From the NCBI GenBank assembly GCA_018385135.1, contig JAHAWY010000041.1, positions 25 through 64,024 of the forward strand: a stretch of DNA of 64,000 bases, read 5' to 3'. The notes under the pieces were generated by a model. It did no database searches. It was not told the DNA's origin and saw only the letters and a list, made by a program, of their open reading frames with translations. The translations under genes and the position numbers were made by a program. Source of the stretch: Oscillospiraceae bacterium. GTDB lineage: Bacteria > Bacillota > Clostridia > Oscillospirales > Oscillospiraceae. Below are positions 1-10,638 of this stretch, one piece after another. Numbering within the stretch: the stretch's first letter is position 1; each line of letters opens with the position of its first letter.

Positions 1-86
1 TTCTTTGTCAGTTTGTCAAGAACTTTTTTCGATTTCCTTTTGGAATTCTTTTGCTCTTTCCTGCCCCTCACGAGCGGTGCTTGATT

Positions 87-115
87 ATAATAGCACTCTC
101 CTCCCTCCTTGTCAA
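87..115 (-). promoter_or_regulatory. Putative sigma-A promoter firing leftward out of the window
   Basis: The minus strand reads TTGACA (110-115), 17 nt, TATTAT (87-92). The target gene lies outside the window. Confidence 0.35.
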
Positions 116-186
116 CACCTTTTTTGACCTTTTTTCATCTTTTTCTGACAGCAGTTTTCGACACGCGTTTTAAACCCAAATGCTCC

Positions 187-215
187 TTGATTTTTGCTCC
201 ATTTCGGTTTATACT
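187..215 (+). promoter_or_regulatory. Putative sigma-A promoter of metA
   Basis: TTGATT (187-192), 17 nt, TATACT (210-215), about 45 nt upstream of the metA ATG. Confidence 0.45.
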
Positions 216-262
216 CACTTTCAAACAACCGATTTAATGTATTAAGCGACTGGAGCTTGCCT

Positions 263-1213
263 ATGCCTATCAGAATACCCAACTCACTCCCGGCGCGTTC
301 AACGCTCACGGAGGAGAACATCTTTGTTATAACCGAATATCGCGCTCTGCATCAGGACATTCGTCCGCTGAAGCTTCTTATCCTCAACCTCATGCCCACA
401 AAAATCGTAACAGAAACTCAGCTTCTGCGCAAGCTTTCAAACACGCCCCTTCAGGTCGAGATCGACCTTTTGCACACTATCAGCCACGACTCAAAGAATG
501 TTGACGCGGCTCATCTTGAATCCTTTTATGTCAGCCATGATGATATTCGGGATAAATACTACGACGGAATGATAATTACCGGCGCGCCTGTTGAAAACCT
601 TGACTTTGCCGATGTTGATTACTGGCCGGAGCTATGTGAGATCATGGAGTGGTCAAAAACTCATGTTCACAGCACTTTCCACATCTGCTGGGGCGCTCAG
701 GCGGGTCTCTATTACCATTTCGGTATTCAAAAGCACTCACTTCCGCAAAAGCTTTCCGGGATTTTCTCTCACCGCATTCTCACCCCGAACTCACCCTTTT
801 TTCGCGGCTTTGATGACAGCTTCAACGCACCCCATTCCCGCTACACCTATGTAAAGGCGGAGGACATCGAAAAAGTCCCGGAGCTTGAGATACTTGCCGT
901 CTCCGACGAGGCAGGTGTTTATGCTGTAAAGAATCAGAAGAGCCGAATGTTTTTCATATTCGGGCATCCCGAATATGACCGCGATACTCTCGCGCTGGAG
1001 TATGAGCGCGACCTTAAAAAGGGTTTGAAGGATGTTCACGTTCCTGTGCACTACTTCCCCGACGATGATCCAACAAAAGAGCCTTTTGTCAGCTGGCGGG
1101 CACACGCTCAGCTTATGTATACCAACTGGCTAAACTACTACGTTTATCAAACCACACCCTATGTTATCAACAACATCAACGCAGACCTTGAGGGTGAGGA
1201 AAAGAACATATAG
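263..1213 (+). CDS. metA: Homoserine O-acyltransferase (MetA family)
   Basis: Start [24 protein letters not shown] and the active-site HICWGAQAG motif are typical of MetA. The ORF-track start at 194 is trimmed to the internal ATG at 263. Confidence 0.9.
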   Translation: MPIRIPNSLPARSTLTEENIFVITEYRALHQDIRPLKLLILNLMPTKIVTETQLLRKLSNTPLQVEIDLLHTISHDSKNVDAAHLESFYVSHDDIRDKYYDGMIITGAPVENLDFADVDYWPELCEIMEWSKTHVHSTFHICWGAQAGLYYHFGIQKHSLPQKLSGIFSHRILTPNSPFFRGFDDSFNAPHSRYTYVKAEDIEKVPELEILAVSDEAGVYAVKNQKSRMFFIFGHPEYDRDTLALEYERDLKKGLKDVHVPVHYFPDDDPTKEPFVSWRAHAQLMYTNWLNYYVYQTTPYVINNINADLEGEEKNI

Positions 1214-1214
1214 C

Positions 1215-1251
1215 AAAAGCGATGTTGCCTGATTGGCGACATCGCTTTTTA
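1215..1251. terminator. Bidirectional intrinsic terminator between convergent metA and the sleB-like gene
   Basis: Stem aaaagcgatgt / acatcgctttt, flanked by an A-run and a T-run. Confidence 0.7.
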
Positions 1252-1294
1252 TATTAAAGGTATATCTACACGGCACGAAGCCGCAAAAGCGCTC

Positions 1295-1966
1295 TTAGGA
1301 GCAGAAGCGGTGCTTGCCGATGGTCACCAAAAGCGGGCGCGACCATATCCACTTGCTGGTCGCCGTAGACGGATTAAAATAGTATATCGCACCGCCCGAC
1401 GGGTCAGAACCATTCATAGCGTCCTGAGCCGCACGATAAGCGCTCTCCGCAACAGGCTCATTGAACTGTCCGTCCGTTATGCAGGTGAAAGCGCCGCCCT
1501 GATAAATAACTCCGGAAATGGAGTTAGGGAAAGACGGATGCTCAACACGGTTCAACACCACTGCGCCAACGGCAACTTGTCCGTTATACGGCTCACCGCG
1601 CGCCTCGGCTGAGATAAGCCGCGCCAGCAGAGCCAGATCGCCGGAGCCTTGGGAACTGGCGCTGCCCTGCTGCTGCTCGGAAATCCCCATAGCCGCAAGT
1701 GTCTGCGCTCCCGCCTTCCCGTCCACGCTCAGTCCATACGCCTGCTGAAACGCCTTGACCGCCTGCTCTGTACCACTGCCGTAAACGCCATCCACCGCGC
1801 CGCTGTAAAAGCCTTGATTTTTGAGCGTTTCCTGAATTTTGCTGACCGTCTCTCCGGATGAACCGCGCTTGTAGGAGGCGGCGTCGGCATCGGATGCCAT
1901 AAATATAAGCGCAATATTCAGCGCAAAAATTATGAGTAAAACAAGGCAAACTTTCTTTCTGCTCAT
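1295..1966 (-). CDS. Cell-wall hydrolase, SleB-like (signal anchor, peptidoglycan-binding domain and Hydrolase_2 domain)
   Basis: The PG-binding repeat is GETVSKIQETLKNQGFYSGAVDGVYGSGTEQAVKAFQ. The C-terminus LISAEARGEPYNGQVAVGAVVLNRV...AFTCITDG matches SleB/CwlJ-type hydrolases. The AAGGAG RBS favours the ATG at 1966. Confidence 0.8.
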   Translation of the reverse strand: MSRKKVCLVLLIIFALNIALIFMASDADAASYKRGSSGETVSKIQETLKNQGFYSGAVDGVYGSGTEQAVKAFQQAYGLSVDGKAGAQTLAAMGISEQQQGSASSQGSGDLALLARLISAEARGEPYNGQVAVGAVVLNRVEHPSFPNSISGVIYQGGAFTCITDGQFNEPVAESAYRAAQDAMNGSDPSGGAIYYFNPSTATSKWIWSRPLLVTIGKHRFCS

Positions 1967-2062
1967 AAAAATACTCCTTCGCAAACCGTTTTGTAATAGT
2001 CTACGAAGGAGCATTTGCTATTATGCGGTATCGCGCCGCGGGAATAATTATTTGCTTTGTAA

Positions 2063-3811
2063 TTAGTTGTTCGCTCTGGTCTTAATTTCCTCAGAAATTT
2101 TTTCCATGAAATCTTTAATCGTCATAGTTCCCTCGTCGCCACCGGAGCGTGTGCGAACGGAAACCAGCCCTGCTTCCGCCTCCTTGTCGCCGATAACGAG
2201 CATATAAGGGATTTTCTGAAGCTGCGCTTCGCGGATCTTATAGCCGATTTTTTCATTGCGATAGTCGCTCTCCACGCGAATTCCCGCGTCAAAAAGCTTT
2301 TGGTAGATTTCCTCGGCATATTCCTTGCTGCGGTCTGTAATGGGCATAAGCTTGACCTGAACGGGAGCAAGCCATGTTGGAAAAGCGCCCGCATAATGCT
2401 CGGTAATAACGCCGATGAAGCGCTCGATAGAGCCAAAAACAACGCGGTGTATCATAACGGGGCGATGCTTCTCGCCGTCCGCGCCGACATATTCAAGCTC
2501 AAAGCGTTCGGGAAGCTGCATATCAAGCTGAATTGTGCCGCACTGCCATGTGCGTCCCAGAGAATCTTCAAGATGGAAGTCAAGCTTCGGACCGTAGAAA
2601 GCACCGTCGCCCTCGTTGATAACATAGCTCTTGCCCATCTCGGTGATTGCTTCCTTGAGCGTATTCTGCGCAAACTCCCAATCCTTCTCGTCACCCATGT
2701 GGTCATCGGGCATTGTGGAAAGCTCGATTTCATATTTCAGACCAAAGAGCGAATAGACCTCGTCAAAGAGCTTAACAACACCCTTAATCTCGTCCTTCAT
2801 CTGATCCCAGGTCATGAAAATGTGCGCATCATCCTGAGTGAAGCAGCGAACGCGGAAAAGACCGTGCAGTGCGCCGGAAAGCTCATGGCGGTGAACAAGA
2901 CCCAGCTCGCCCACGCGCAGCGGAAGGTCGCGGTAGGAGTGCGGCTCGGATTTGTAAACAAGCATACCGCCGGGGCAGTTCATCGGCTTGATTGCAAAAT
3001 CCTCCTCGTCAATTTTGGTGGTGTACATATTCTCCTTGTAGTGAAACCAGTGTCCGCTTGTCTCCCAAAGATGGCGGTTCAAAATCATGGGAGTGGACAC
3101 CTCGACATAGCCGTAGCGCTTGTGAACCTCGCGCCAGTAGTCGATCAGGGTGTTTTTAAGCACCATGCCTTTCGGCAGGAAAAACGGAAAGCCCGGACCC
3201 TCGTCGGTAAGCATGAAAAGACCAAGCTCACGACCTATCTTGCGGTGGTCGCGCTTTTTTGCCTCCTCAATACGTGCCAGATACTCCTCCAGCTCTTCCT
3301 TTTTGGGGAAGCAGGTGCCGTAGATGCGCTGAAGCATCTTGCGGTTCGAGTCGCCGCGCCAGTACGCGCCGGTGCAGCTTGTAAGCTTGATTGCGTTGCC
3401 CTTGATACGTCCGGTGGAGTCCATATGCGGACCTGCGCAAAGGTCTGTAAAGTCGCCCTGCTTGTAAAAGCTGATTGTCTCGCCCTCAGGCAGGTCGTTA
3501 ATCAGCTCGACCTTGTACGGCTCGTTTTTTACAAGCTCCAGAGCCTCGTCTCTCGGCAGTTCAAAGCGCTCAAGGGGAATTTTCTCCTTGCAGATTTTGC
3601 GCATTTCAGCCTCAAGCTGCTCAAGTATCTCGGGAGTGAAAACCGTTTCGCTGTCAACATCGTAGTAGAAGCCGTCGTCAATGGCAGGACCTATGGCAAG
3701 CTTTGTGTCGGGATAAAGGCGCTTTATCGCCTGCGCGAGAATATGCGATGTGGTGTGACGATATTTGAGCTTGTATTCGGGGTTTTCAAAGGTGTATTGC
3801 TTTTCATCCAT
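2063..3811 (-). CDS. thrS: Threonyl-tRNA synthetase (582 aa, begins at the editing domain, no TGS domain)
   Basis: HTTSHILAQAIKRLY, PMNCPGGML, FTQDDAHIF and VMIHR zinc and class II motifs. A T-box leader lies immediately upstream. Confidence 0.93.
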   Translation of the reverse strand: MDEKQYTFENPEYKLKYRHTTSHILAQAIKRLYPDTKLAIGPAIDDGFYYDVDSETVFTPEILEQLEAEMRKICKEKIPLERFELPRDEALELVKNEPYKVELINDLPEGETISFYKQGDFTDLCAGPHMDSTGRIKGNAIKLTSCTGAYWRGDSNRKMLQRIYGTCFPKKEELEEYLARIEEAKKRDHRKIGRELGLFMLTDEGPGFPFFLPKGMVLKNTLIDYWREVHKRYGYVEVSTPMILNRHLWETSGHWFHYKENMYTTKIDEEDFAIKPMNCPGGMLVYKSEPHSYRDLPLRVGELGLVHRHELSGALHGLFRVRCFTQDDAHIFMTWDQMKDEIKGVVKLFDEVYSLFGLKYEIELSTMPDDHMGDEKDWEFAQNTLKEAITEMGKSYVINEGDGAFYGPKLDFHLEDSLGRTWQCGTIQLDMQLPERFELEYVGADGEKHRPVMIHRVVFGSIERFIGVITEHYAGAFPTWLAPVQVKLMPITDRSKEYAEEIYQKLFDAGIRVESDYRNEKIGYKIREAQLQKIPYMLVIGDKEAEAGLVSVRTRSGGDEGTMTIKDFMEKISEEIKTRANN

Positions 3812-3840
3812 TGCTTTCTATCTCCTCAAAAATAAATTCA

Positions 3841-4123
3841 AAATCAAAAAGCACCCCTGAGAAACTCAGGGGTGCTGAATTAACACGGTTCCACCCTGCT
3901 TGCGGAGAAGCTCCGCCGCTTTACTGCGCTATAACGTGCGCGAACGGGAGCGCTTACTGGCTTCGGCGCTCCGGCTCCGGAGCGGTAGTCGTATGCTTCG
4001 GCTTCGGAGCGGCTTTCAGCTACTGCCGCTCTCTCTGCACCGCCTTTGCATGACCTTCTCCATCAGTGCCGATAAATTATGATTACGATATTGTATGATA
4101 TCATCAAGCACGCAGGCTGTCAA
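3841..4123 (-). promoter_or_regulatory. Promoter plus T-box riboswitch leader of thrS, with intrinsic terminator
   Basis: On the minus strand: TTGACA (4118-4123), 17 nt, TATCAT (4095-4100). Stem I carries AGAGAG, AGUA and GAAA elements. Thr codons ACU ACC sit in a GACUACCG stretch. The T-box sequence is AGCAGGGUGGAACCGUG (plus coordinates 3877-3900). The terminator is gcacccctgag-aaa-ctcaggggtgc plus a U-run (3846-3876). Confidence 0.85.
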
Positions 4124-4153
4124 GCAATTATTAACGCCGGAAAAAACAGCCGC

Positions 4154-5251
4154 TCAGACGTTAAAGCGAAACAGCGTAACATCGCCGTCGTGCATAACAT
4201 ATTCCTTGCCCTCGGAGCGGACAAGTCCCTTTTCCTTGGCAGCCGCCATTGAGCCGCAGTTTTTCAGGTCATCAAAGGCAACGATTTCCGCACGGATAAA
4301 GCCGCGCTCAAAATCAGTGTGTATCTTTCCTGCCGCTTGAGGCGCCTTAAAGCCCTTTTTAATCGTCCACGCGCGAACCTCATCCGGTCCGCAGGTGAGA
4401 AAGGAAATAAGCCCCAGCAGAGAATACGAGCATTTGATAAGGCGTGCAAGACCGCTTTCGGTCATGCCCAGCTCCTCCATAAAAAGAGCCTTGTCCTCCT
4501 CGTCAAGCTCGCCTATCTCCTGTTCTACCTTTGCGCAGATGGGAAGTACCTGGCTTCCCTCGCCTTCGGCGAATTTAACAAGCTGCCTGTAATACTCACA
4601 GTTTTCAGCGCCGGCGGCAAATCCTGCCTCGTCCATATTCGCGGCATATATAACAGGCTTCAGAGAAAGCAGCTCGCTTTCGCGCACCAGCTCCATCTCC
4701 TCCTCGGAGCATTCAAAGCTGCGCGCGCTTTTACCGCTGTCCAAATGAGCCAGAAGCTTCTCCATGACCTCCGCTTCGTGCAGAAACTTTTTATCTCCGC
4801 CCTTGGCGTTCTTTTTCGCCTTTTCAATTCGGCGCTCAACCATTTCCATATCCGCCATTACCAGCTCAAGATTGATGATATCAATATCTCTCAGCGGATC
4901 GCAGCCGCCCTCGACATGGATGATGTTATCATCATCAAAGCAGCGGACAACATGGACAATAGCATCTGTCATGCGTATGTTGCTCAAAAACTTATTTCCC
5001 AGACCCTCACCCTTGGACGCGCCCTTTACAAGCCCTGCTATATCAACAAATTCAATGACCGCCGGGGTGTACTTTTTCGGATTGTATAGCTGCGCCAGAT
5101 AATCCAGCCGCTCGTCGGGCACTGCGACCGTTCCCACGTTCGGGTCTATGGTGCAAAACGGATAGTTTGCGCTTTCGGCTCCGGCGTTGGTTATAGCATT
5201 AAAAAGTGTGCTCTTACCGACGTTCGGCAGACCTACAATTCCTAGCTTCAT
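4154..5251 (-). CDS. ychF: Ribosome-binding ATPase YchF
   Basis: MKLGIVGLPNVGKSTLFNA P-loop and a C-terminal TGS-like KGxxRxEGKEYVxxDGD motif. Confidence 0.93.
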   Translation of the reverse strand: MKLGIVGLPNVGKSTLFNAITNAGAESANYPFCTIDPNVGTVAVPDERLDYLAQLYNPKKYTPAVIEFVDIAGLVKGASKGEGLGNKFLSNIRMTDAIVHVVRCFDDDNIIHVEGGCDPLRDIDIINLELVMADMEMVERRIEKAKKNAKGGDKKFLHEAEVMEKLLAHLDSGKSARSFECSEEEMELVRESELLSLKPVIYAANMDEAGFAAGAENCEYYRQLVKFAEGEGSQVLPICAKVEQEIGELDEEDKALFMEELGMTESGLARLIKCSYSLLGLISFLTCGPDEVRAWTIKKGFKAPQAAGKIHTDFERGFIRAEIVAFDDLKNCGSMAAAKEKGLVRSEGKEYVMHDGDVTLFRFNV

Positions 5252-5308
5252 TGCTTATCCTCTCAATCATCGCAAGGCGGGAGAAAAGCCCCCGCCCTGC
5301 GTTTGTGT

Positions 5309-7273
5309 TTATTCGTTGCCGTCGGTCTTTCTTTCACCCTCCGGCGTGATTTCACTGCTGACTATCTCAGGCTGAGCATCGTCAAAGCTTGCCGCAGCAT
5401 CATTGGCTTCGGACTTTTCCGGAAAAACTCCGTTCTCACAGAAGTAGTGGAATACCTCGGCGTCTATGCTCTCATGCTCAAGCAGATATTCCGCAACGCC
5501 CTTGACAAGATCGCTGTGCTCGGTGAGAATTGCCTCGCATAGCTTTGCGGCATCGTCAAAGAGCTTTTTGACCTCCTCGTCGATGATGGCGGCTGTTTCC
5601 TCGGAGTAGCTCTTGGTAGTGCCAAAATCACGACCGATAAAAATGCTGTGGTCAGAGCTATCAAAGCTGATCGGACCGAGCCTGTCGGAGAAGCCGTATT
5701 GCGTAACCATCGAACGGGCAAGATTTGTAGCGTTCTGTATATCGCTTGAAGCACCTGTGGAAATATCGTCCAAAAACAGCTTTTCGGAGATACGTCCGCC
5801 AAGGCTTATGACAATTTCCTCAAACAGCTCACTGCGTGAGCGGAAGTCCTCCACATCGTCCTTGGGACGGAAGTAGGTTACTCCTCCGGCAGGACCGCGT
5901 GGGATAATCGTAATATAGTGAACAGGGTCGGTATGCTTTAGGAATTTGCCTGTGACCGCGTGACCGGCCTCGTGATAGGCGGTTAGTTTGCGGGCTTTTT
6001 CGCTCATGACCTTGCTCTTTTTCTCTGGTCCAAGACGCACCTTGCGAACCGCCTCCTCGATGTCCTCGGAGGTAATAAAGCGTCTGTGGAAGCGAACCGC
6101 CAGCAATGCCGCCTCATTAAGCAGGTTTTCAAGGTCAGCACCGGAGAAGCCCGGTGTTCCGCGGGCAATGCTGTTAAGGTCAACATCGTCGCCAAGGGGC
6201 TTTCCCTTTGCGTGAACCTTCAAAATCGCCTCACGTCCGCGAATATCGGGCAAACCTACATAGACCTGCCTGTCAAAGCGCCCCGGACGCAGCAGCGCGT
6301 TATCGAGAATGTCCGCTCGGTTAGTCGCCGCCATGACGATCACTCCGGCGTTGTTGCCAAAGCCGTCCATTTCAACAAGAAGCTGGTTCAAGGTCTGCTC
6401 GCGCTCATCGTGACCTCCGCCAAGACCCGAACCGCGCTGACGACCAACCGCGTCGATTTCGTCAATAAAGATTATAGCGGGCGCTGTCTTTTTCGCCTGC
6501 TCGAACAAATCGCGGACACGCGATGCGCCTACGCCGACATAAAGCTCAACGAAGTCAGAGCCGGAGATTGACAAGAACTGAACTCCCGCTTCGCCCGCAA
6601 CCGCCTTGGCAATAAGGGTTTTACCCGTTCCCGGAGGACCGACGAGAAGCACACCCTTGGGGATGCGCGCACCCATATCGCTGTATGCGGCAGGATTTTT
6701 AAGGAAGTCAACAAGCTCCTGAAGCTCTGCCTTTTCCTCGACCGCGCCTGCAACGTCGTCAAACGTGACCTTCTTTTTTTCATCGCTTCCGAAACGAACG
6801 CGAGCTTTGCCGAACTTAATCGCTCCGCCGCCGGCTCCGCCGCCCTTGGCGGCGCTCTTCATCATTATATACCAGAACACGCCAAAGAGGATGATAACGC
6901 CCAGATACGGCAGCATAGCCACCCACCAGGGAATTTCCTTAGGCGGGTTGTAGTCGTATTCCGTAAGGATGCCGTCCGCCTTCTGCTGCTTTATCAGCTC
7001 TCCCAGATCCTCACGGAAATAGGAGACAGAGGCAAGCTCCGTCTTAATGATCGTGCTGTTCTCATACGGCTCGCGCAGCTTCAGCTCAAGCGCCGTACCA
7101 ACAGTGCCGAAAGACTCGACCTGTTCGTTTTCAAAAAGCTCTATAACCTCGGAATATGAAACCTCCGGGGCAACGCCGTTTTGAGACGTCATAGTAAAAA
7201 CCGTTGCCAGAAGAATAACGAGTATCAGCACATAAAAGCCGACGTCTCTGGCTTGGTTGCGGTTTTTCTTCAA
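5309..7273 (-). CDS. ftsH: ATP-dependent zinc metalloprotease FtsH
   Basis: [48 protein letters not shown] and the HEAGHAV zinc site, with two N-terminal TM segments. Confidence 0.95.
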   Translation of the reverse strand: MKKNRNQARDVGFYVLILVILLATVFTMTSQNGVAPEVSYSEVIELFENEQVESFGTVGTALELKLREPYENSTIIKTELASVSYFREDLGELIKQQKADGILTEYDYNPPKEIPWWVAMLPYLGVIILFGVFWYIMMKSAAKGGGAGGGAIKFGKARVRFGSDEKKKVTFDDVAGAVEEKAELQELVDFLKNPAAYSDMGARIPKGVLLVGPPGTGKTLIAKAVAGEAGVQFLSISGSDFVELYVGVGASRVRDLFEQAKKTAPAIIFIDEIDAVGRQRGSGLGGGHDEREQTLNQLLVEMDGFGNNAGVIVMAATNRADILDNALLRPGRFDRQVYVGLPDIRGREAILKVHAKGKPLGDDVDLNSIARGTPGFSGADLENLLNEAALLAVRFHRRFITSEDIEEAVRKVRLGPEKKSKVMSEKARKLTAYHEAGHAVTGKFLKHTDPVHYITIIPRGPAGGVTYFRPKDDVEDFRSRSELFEEIVISLGGRISEKLFLDDISTGASSDIQNATNLARSMVTQYGFSDRLGPISFDSSDHSIFIGRDFGTTKSYSEETAAIIDEEVKKLFDDAAKLCEAILTEHSDLVKGVAEYLLEHESIDAEVFHYFCENGVFPEKSEANDAAASFDDAQPEIVSSEITPEGERKTDGNE

Positions 7274-7337
7274 GCTAAAATCACTTCCTTTGCTTTCGAT
7301 ATGCGTTCACGCGAAGTGCTTCTCCCGCTATGAAGCA

Positions 7338-7883
7338 TTATTCGCCGCCGGTATAAACCTCAGGCTTTAAAACGCCCACGAAGGGCAGATTACGGTATTT
7401 TTCAGCATAATCCAGACCATATCCAACAACGAATTCGTCCGGAACCTCAAAGCCGGAGAAATCCGCATGGATATCCGCCTTGCGCCTTGCGGGCTTGTCA
7501 AGCAGAGTTACAAGCGTGATAGACGCAGGCTTGCGGTTTTGCAGATAGCCGCGCAGGTAATTAAGGGTAATGCCGCTGTCGAGAATATCCTCAACGATAA
7601 CCACATGACGACCTGCGATGTCCTCACTGAGGTCTTTCATGATTTTAACAGCGCCGGTAGAGGTTGTGCCGTTGCCGTAGGACGACACCGCCATAAAATC
7701 AACAGAACACTTCAGATCGACCTTGCGCACAAGGTCTGACATAAAAACGAAGCTGCCCTTGAGTACACCAACAAAAAGCGGCTCGCTCCCCTTGAACTTC
7801 TCCGTAAGCTGCTGACCGATTTCGGTAACTCTTTTGTCCAGTTGCTCCTCGGTGAGCAGCACCTTGAGAATGTCGTTGTTCAT
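7338..7883 (-). CDS. hpt: Hypoxanthine phosphoribosyltransferase
   Basis: VVIVEDILDSGITL PRPP motif. It sits in the conserved tilS-hpt-ftsH order. Confidence 0.9.
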   Translation of the reverse strand: MNNDILKVLLTEEQLDKRVTEIGQQLTEKFKGSEPLFVGVLKGSFVFMSDLVRKVDLKCSVDFMAVSSYGNGTTSTGAVKIMKDLSEDIAGRHVVIVEDILDSGITLNYLRGYLQNRKPASITLVTLLDKPARRKADIHADFSGFEVPDEFVVGYGLDYAEKYRNLPFVGVLKPEVYTGGE

Positions 7884-7923
7884 TGGTTTATTCTCCCCAC
7901 AAAATATATAATATAGTTTTCTG

Positions 7924-9261
7924 TTATCTCTCTTTATGCGGCAGCGGCGTTATTTCTATTTCAAGCACGTCGTCACCCGCCTTTGCCTCGCAGCGCTCCG
8001 CGATGCCCAGACCATAAACCGCAATTGCCCCCGCCTCATCATAAAGCACGGGAACAAGGTCTCTTTCCACGCCGTTTAAGCGTTTTTCCGAAAAGAGTTT
8101 TTTTAGACTTTTTGTGCAGTCTCTGCCAGCCAGACGGATTTTTTCGCCCTCCCTGCGAGACTCGACAGTTATGTTACCACAGATGTTAGCACTTTTAAAG
8201 AAAAAAATGTTAAATGAATTGTGAATTTCGCTGCATTTTTTGATGGGATATGCCTTTAGCTCCAAGCCGACCTCCTCAAGGGTAATAACACTGCCCGGAG
8301 CAATGACGCGCGGAGCGATTTTTCTTTTCTCCGCCGCGCCGAAGCGAAGCTCATCATACTCGCGGAAAACGCGCATCCCCGTCACATCGGCGGCGGCATG
8401 AGGGTCATCGCCCTCGGCGATAGCCCGAACAGCCTCGATGTGAGCCGCCGAAAGCGAGCCGCCGGCAGCAATCTGCAAAGCGCGCGCCGAAAGCGGGCGC
8501 GGCAGAGCCGACAGCGCTTTTGCGTTTATTGCGCCGTTTGCGAAATGCTCACGCAAGAAGCCCTCCGCCTGCTTCGTCAAATACTCCTCATCGTCTCGCA
8601 GAAGCTCCGCCGTACGAAAAAGGCTCTGCGCCAGATTGGGGTTCTGCTCGCGCAGGCGCGGCAGCACCTCATGACGCAGACGGTTGCGGCTGTAATCGTT
8701 TGAAGCATTTGTGGAGTCCTCCACATGAGCAATAGCGTGTTCATCAAGATACGCCAAAACCTCAGCGGTAGTCACGGTGAGCATAGGGCGAATTATTCTC
8801 CCCCTAACCGGCGGAATGCCGCATAGCCCGTGCAGTCCGCTTCCGCGAACAAGGTTTAAAAGCATCGTTTCCGCATTGTCGTCCGCTGTGTGAGCCGTGG
8901 CAATGCGCAAAGCTCCCGTTTTCTCCGCTGTTTCCTCAAGAAAGCGATATCGAAGCTCCCTAGCCGCCTCCTCAATGCCCATGCCCTGCTCCTCTGCAAA
9001 GGCGGCAACATCGCCGCTGCCGGAATAGCAGACAACGCCGCGCTCGGCACAGAAGCTTTCAACAAACTGCCTGTCTCTTTCCGACTCCGCGCCGCGCAGG
9101 CAATGGTTAAAATGCGCGCAGTAAAGCTCCAAATCAAGTTCGGGAGCAAGCTCAAGCAAGCGCACAAGCAAATACACGGAATCCTTCCCGCCCGAAACGG
9201 CGCAAAGCACCCTGCTGCCCTTCGGCAGCATATTGTATTTTTCCAAAAAGGCTCTATTCAT
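7924..9261 (-). CDS. tilS: tRNA(Ile)-lysidine synthetase
   Basis: VLCAVSGGKDS PP-loop. The N-terminus MNRAFLEKYNML... resembles other TilS starts, so the ORF is trimmed to the ATG at 9261. This start overlaps the dnaB stop by 8 nt. Confidence 0.85.
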   Translation of the reverse strand: MNRAFLEKYNMLPKGSRVLCAVSGGKDSVYLLVRLLELAPELDLELYCAHFNHCLRGAESERDRQFVESFCAERGVVCYSGSGDVAAFAEEQGMGIEEAARELRYRFLEETAEKTGALRIATAHTADDNAETMLLNLVRGSGLHGLCGIPPVRGRIIRPMLTVTTAEVLAYLDEHAIAHVEDSTNASNDYSRNRLRHEVLPRLREQNPNLAQSLFRTAELLRDDEEYLTKQAEGFLREHFANGAINAKALSALPRPLSARALQIAAGGSLSAAHIEAVRAIAEGDDPHAAADVTGMRVFREYDELRFGAAEKRKIAPRVIAPGSVITLEEVGLELKAYPIKKCSEIHNSFNIFFFKSANICGNITVESRREGEKIRLAGRDCTKSLKKLFSEKRLNGVERDLVPVLYDEAGAIAVYGLGIAERCEAKAGDDVLEIEITPLPHKER

Positions 9262-10600
9262 CGTCAGTATGCTTCTTCTCCGCCGAAACATAGCTTGTGT
9301 ATTCCGGCAGCCACAGCAGCTCGATAGTACCCGTTTCGCCATGACGGTTTTTCAAAACAAGTGCCTCCGCCTCATTGGGATTGGCGCAGTCCTTATCGTA
9401 ATAGCCTTCGCGGTAAAGACCTATAACAATGTCTGCGTCCTGCTCGATTGCGCCCGATTCACGAAGATCCGAAAGCATTGGGCGCTTATTCGTTCGCGCC
9501 TCGTTTGCACGCGATAACTGAGAAAGGCAAACTACCGGAACATTAAGCTCCTTCGCCATGATCTTCAGCATACGAGAGATATCGGAAACCGCCTGCGTGC
9601 GGCTCTCTCCGGCATAGCTGTGTCCGCTTCCGGCAGACTGCATCAATTGCAGATAGTCGATGACCACCAAGCCCAGATTGTCCAGACGGCGGCACTGGGA
9701 GTTCATCTCCGCCACGGAAAGCGTGGGGTTGTCGTCAATGCGGATGTCCGTCTCGCTGATAACAGACGCAGCCGCGCCAAGGCGCTCCCATTCCGTTTGA
9801 CTCAGCCTGCCTGTGAGCAGCTTCTGGCTGTCAATAAGGCTCTCTCCCGACAAAAGGCGCGTTGCCAGCTGCTCGCGTGACATTTCCAAAGAGAAAACGG
9901 CAACAGTCTTTTTCGTTGCCTTAGCAACGTGCATCGCAATGTTCAGCGCGATACTGGTTTTACCCATACCGGGGCGGGACGCGATCAGCACAAGGTCACC
10001 CTTGTTAAGACCGAGGATTTGGTTATCCAAATCAATAAGTCCCGTCGGCAGACCCGTAATGCGAGTGTCATTTGCGGCATTTTCCGCGATCTGGTTGTAA
10101 ACGTCCTGAATGATGTTGGCGATTTTTTGCAGACCGCCCACCGTGCGCCCCTGACGCAGAGCGTAGATCTTCCGCTCCGCCGCCTCGAGCATGGACTCAG
10201 CCTCGCCTGCGCCCTCGGCAACCATGCCGGTAATGTCGTTTCCGACACGCTGCAAGGCGCGTAAAAGCGACTGCTCACGCAGAATGTCGGCATATTTCAT
10301 TACATTGGCGGCTGTCGGCGTAACCTGCATAAGCTCCATAAGATAGCTTTGCGAGTTATCCTTGGATACGCCGCGCACGCGCATCTGCTCAAGCACTGTA
10401 ACGGGGTCTATAAGCTGCCCGTAGGCGTACATATAGTATATAGTGTCGAAAACATCACGGTTCAGCTCAAGATAAAAATCCTCCGAGCGAAGCTTATTGA
10501 GCACGTCGGCAATGCAGGCGGGATCAATAAGCATAGCTCCTATGACCGCCTGCTCAGCCTGCGCGCTATATGGTGTTTTCATCTCCACTAACTCGTTCAT
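9254..10600 (-). CDS. dnaB: Replicative DNA helicase (DnaB family)
   Basis: AEQAVIGAMLIDP N-terminal domain and Walker A ASRPGMGKTSIALNIA. No intein insertion is present. Confidence 0.93.
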   Translation of the reverse strand: MNELVEMKTPYSAQAEQAVIGAMLIDPACIADVLNKLRSEDFYLELNRDVFDTIYYMYAYGQLIDPVTVLEQMRVRGVSKDNSQSYLMELMQVTPTAANVMKYADILREQSLLRALQRVGNDITGMVAEGAGEAESMLEAAERKIYALRQGRTVGGLQKIANIIQDVYNQIAENAANDTRITGLPTGLIDLDNQILGLNKGDLVLIASRPGMGKTSIALNIAMHVAKATKKTVAVFSLEMSREQLATRLLSGESLIDSQKLLTGRLSQTEWERLGAAASVISETDIRIDDNPTLSVAEMNSQCRRLDNLGLVVIDYLQLMQSAGSGHSYAGESRTQAVSDISRMLKIMAKELNVPVVCLSQLSRANEARTNKRPMLSDLRESGAIEQDADIVIGLYREGYYDKDCANPNEAEALVLKNRHGETGTIELLWLPEYTSYVSAEKKHTDDE

Positions 10601-10638
10601 AGCAAATCCTTAGCTCGTTTTTCGCGGCGCTTTGCCGC

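Noticed and set aside
1-262. A possible S-box or T-box leader upstream of metA.
   Set aside because: The best promoter (187-215) leaves only about 45 nt of leader. No SAM-I or T-box conserved blocks are visible on the plus strand. The 69-aa minus-strand ORF (112-321) has no RBS and overlaps the metA start.
2300-3835. Long antisense shadow ORFs opposite thrS (511 aa). Similar ones lie opposite the BMP gene (37899-39128), dnaK (30971-31792), hprK (27481-28362), a permease (40769-41755), the unknown membrane protein (56734-57741) and the NhaC gene (59341-60075).
   Set aside because: For thrS I checked that the shadow ORF lies in the codon-aligned antisense frame of a well-supported gene; I did not check the frame of the others. 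The translations are low-complexity and Arg/Ala/Gly-rich, with no motifs. This is the expected artefact of the genome-wide avoidance of TTA, CTA and TCA codons.
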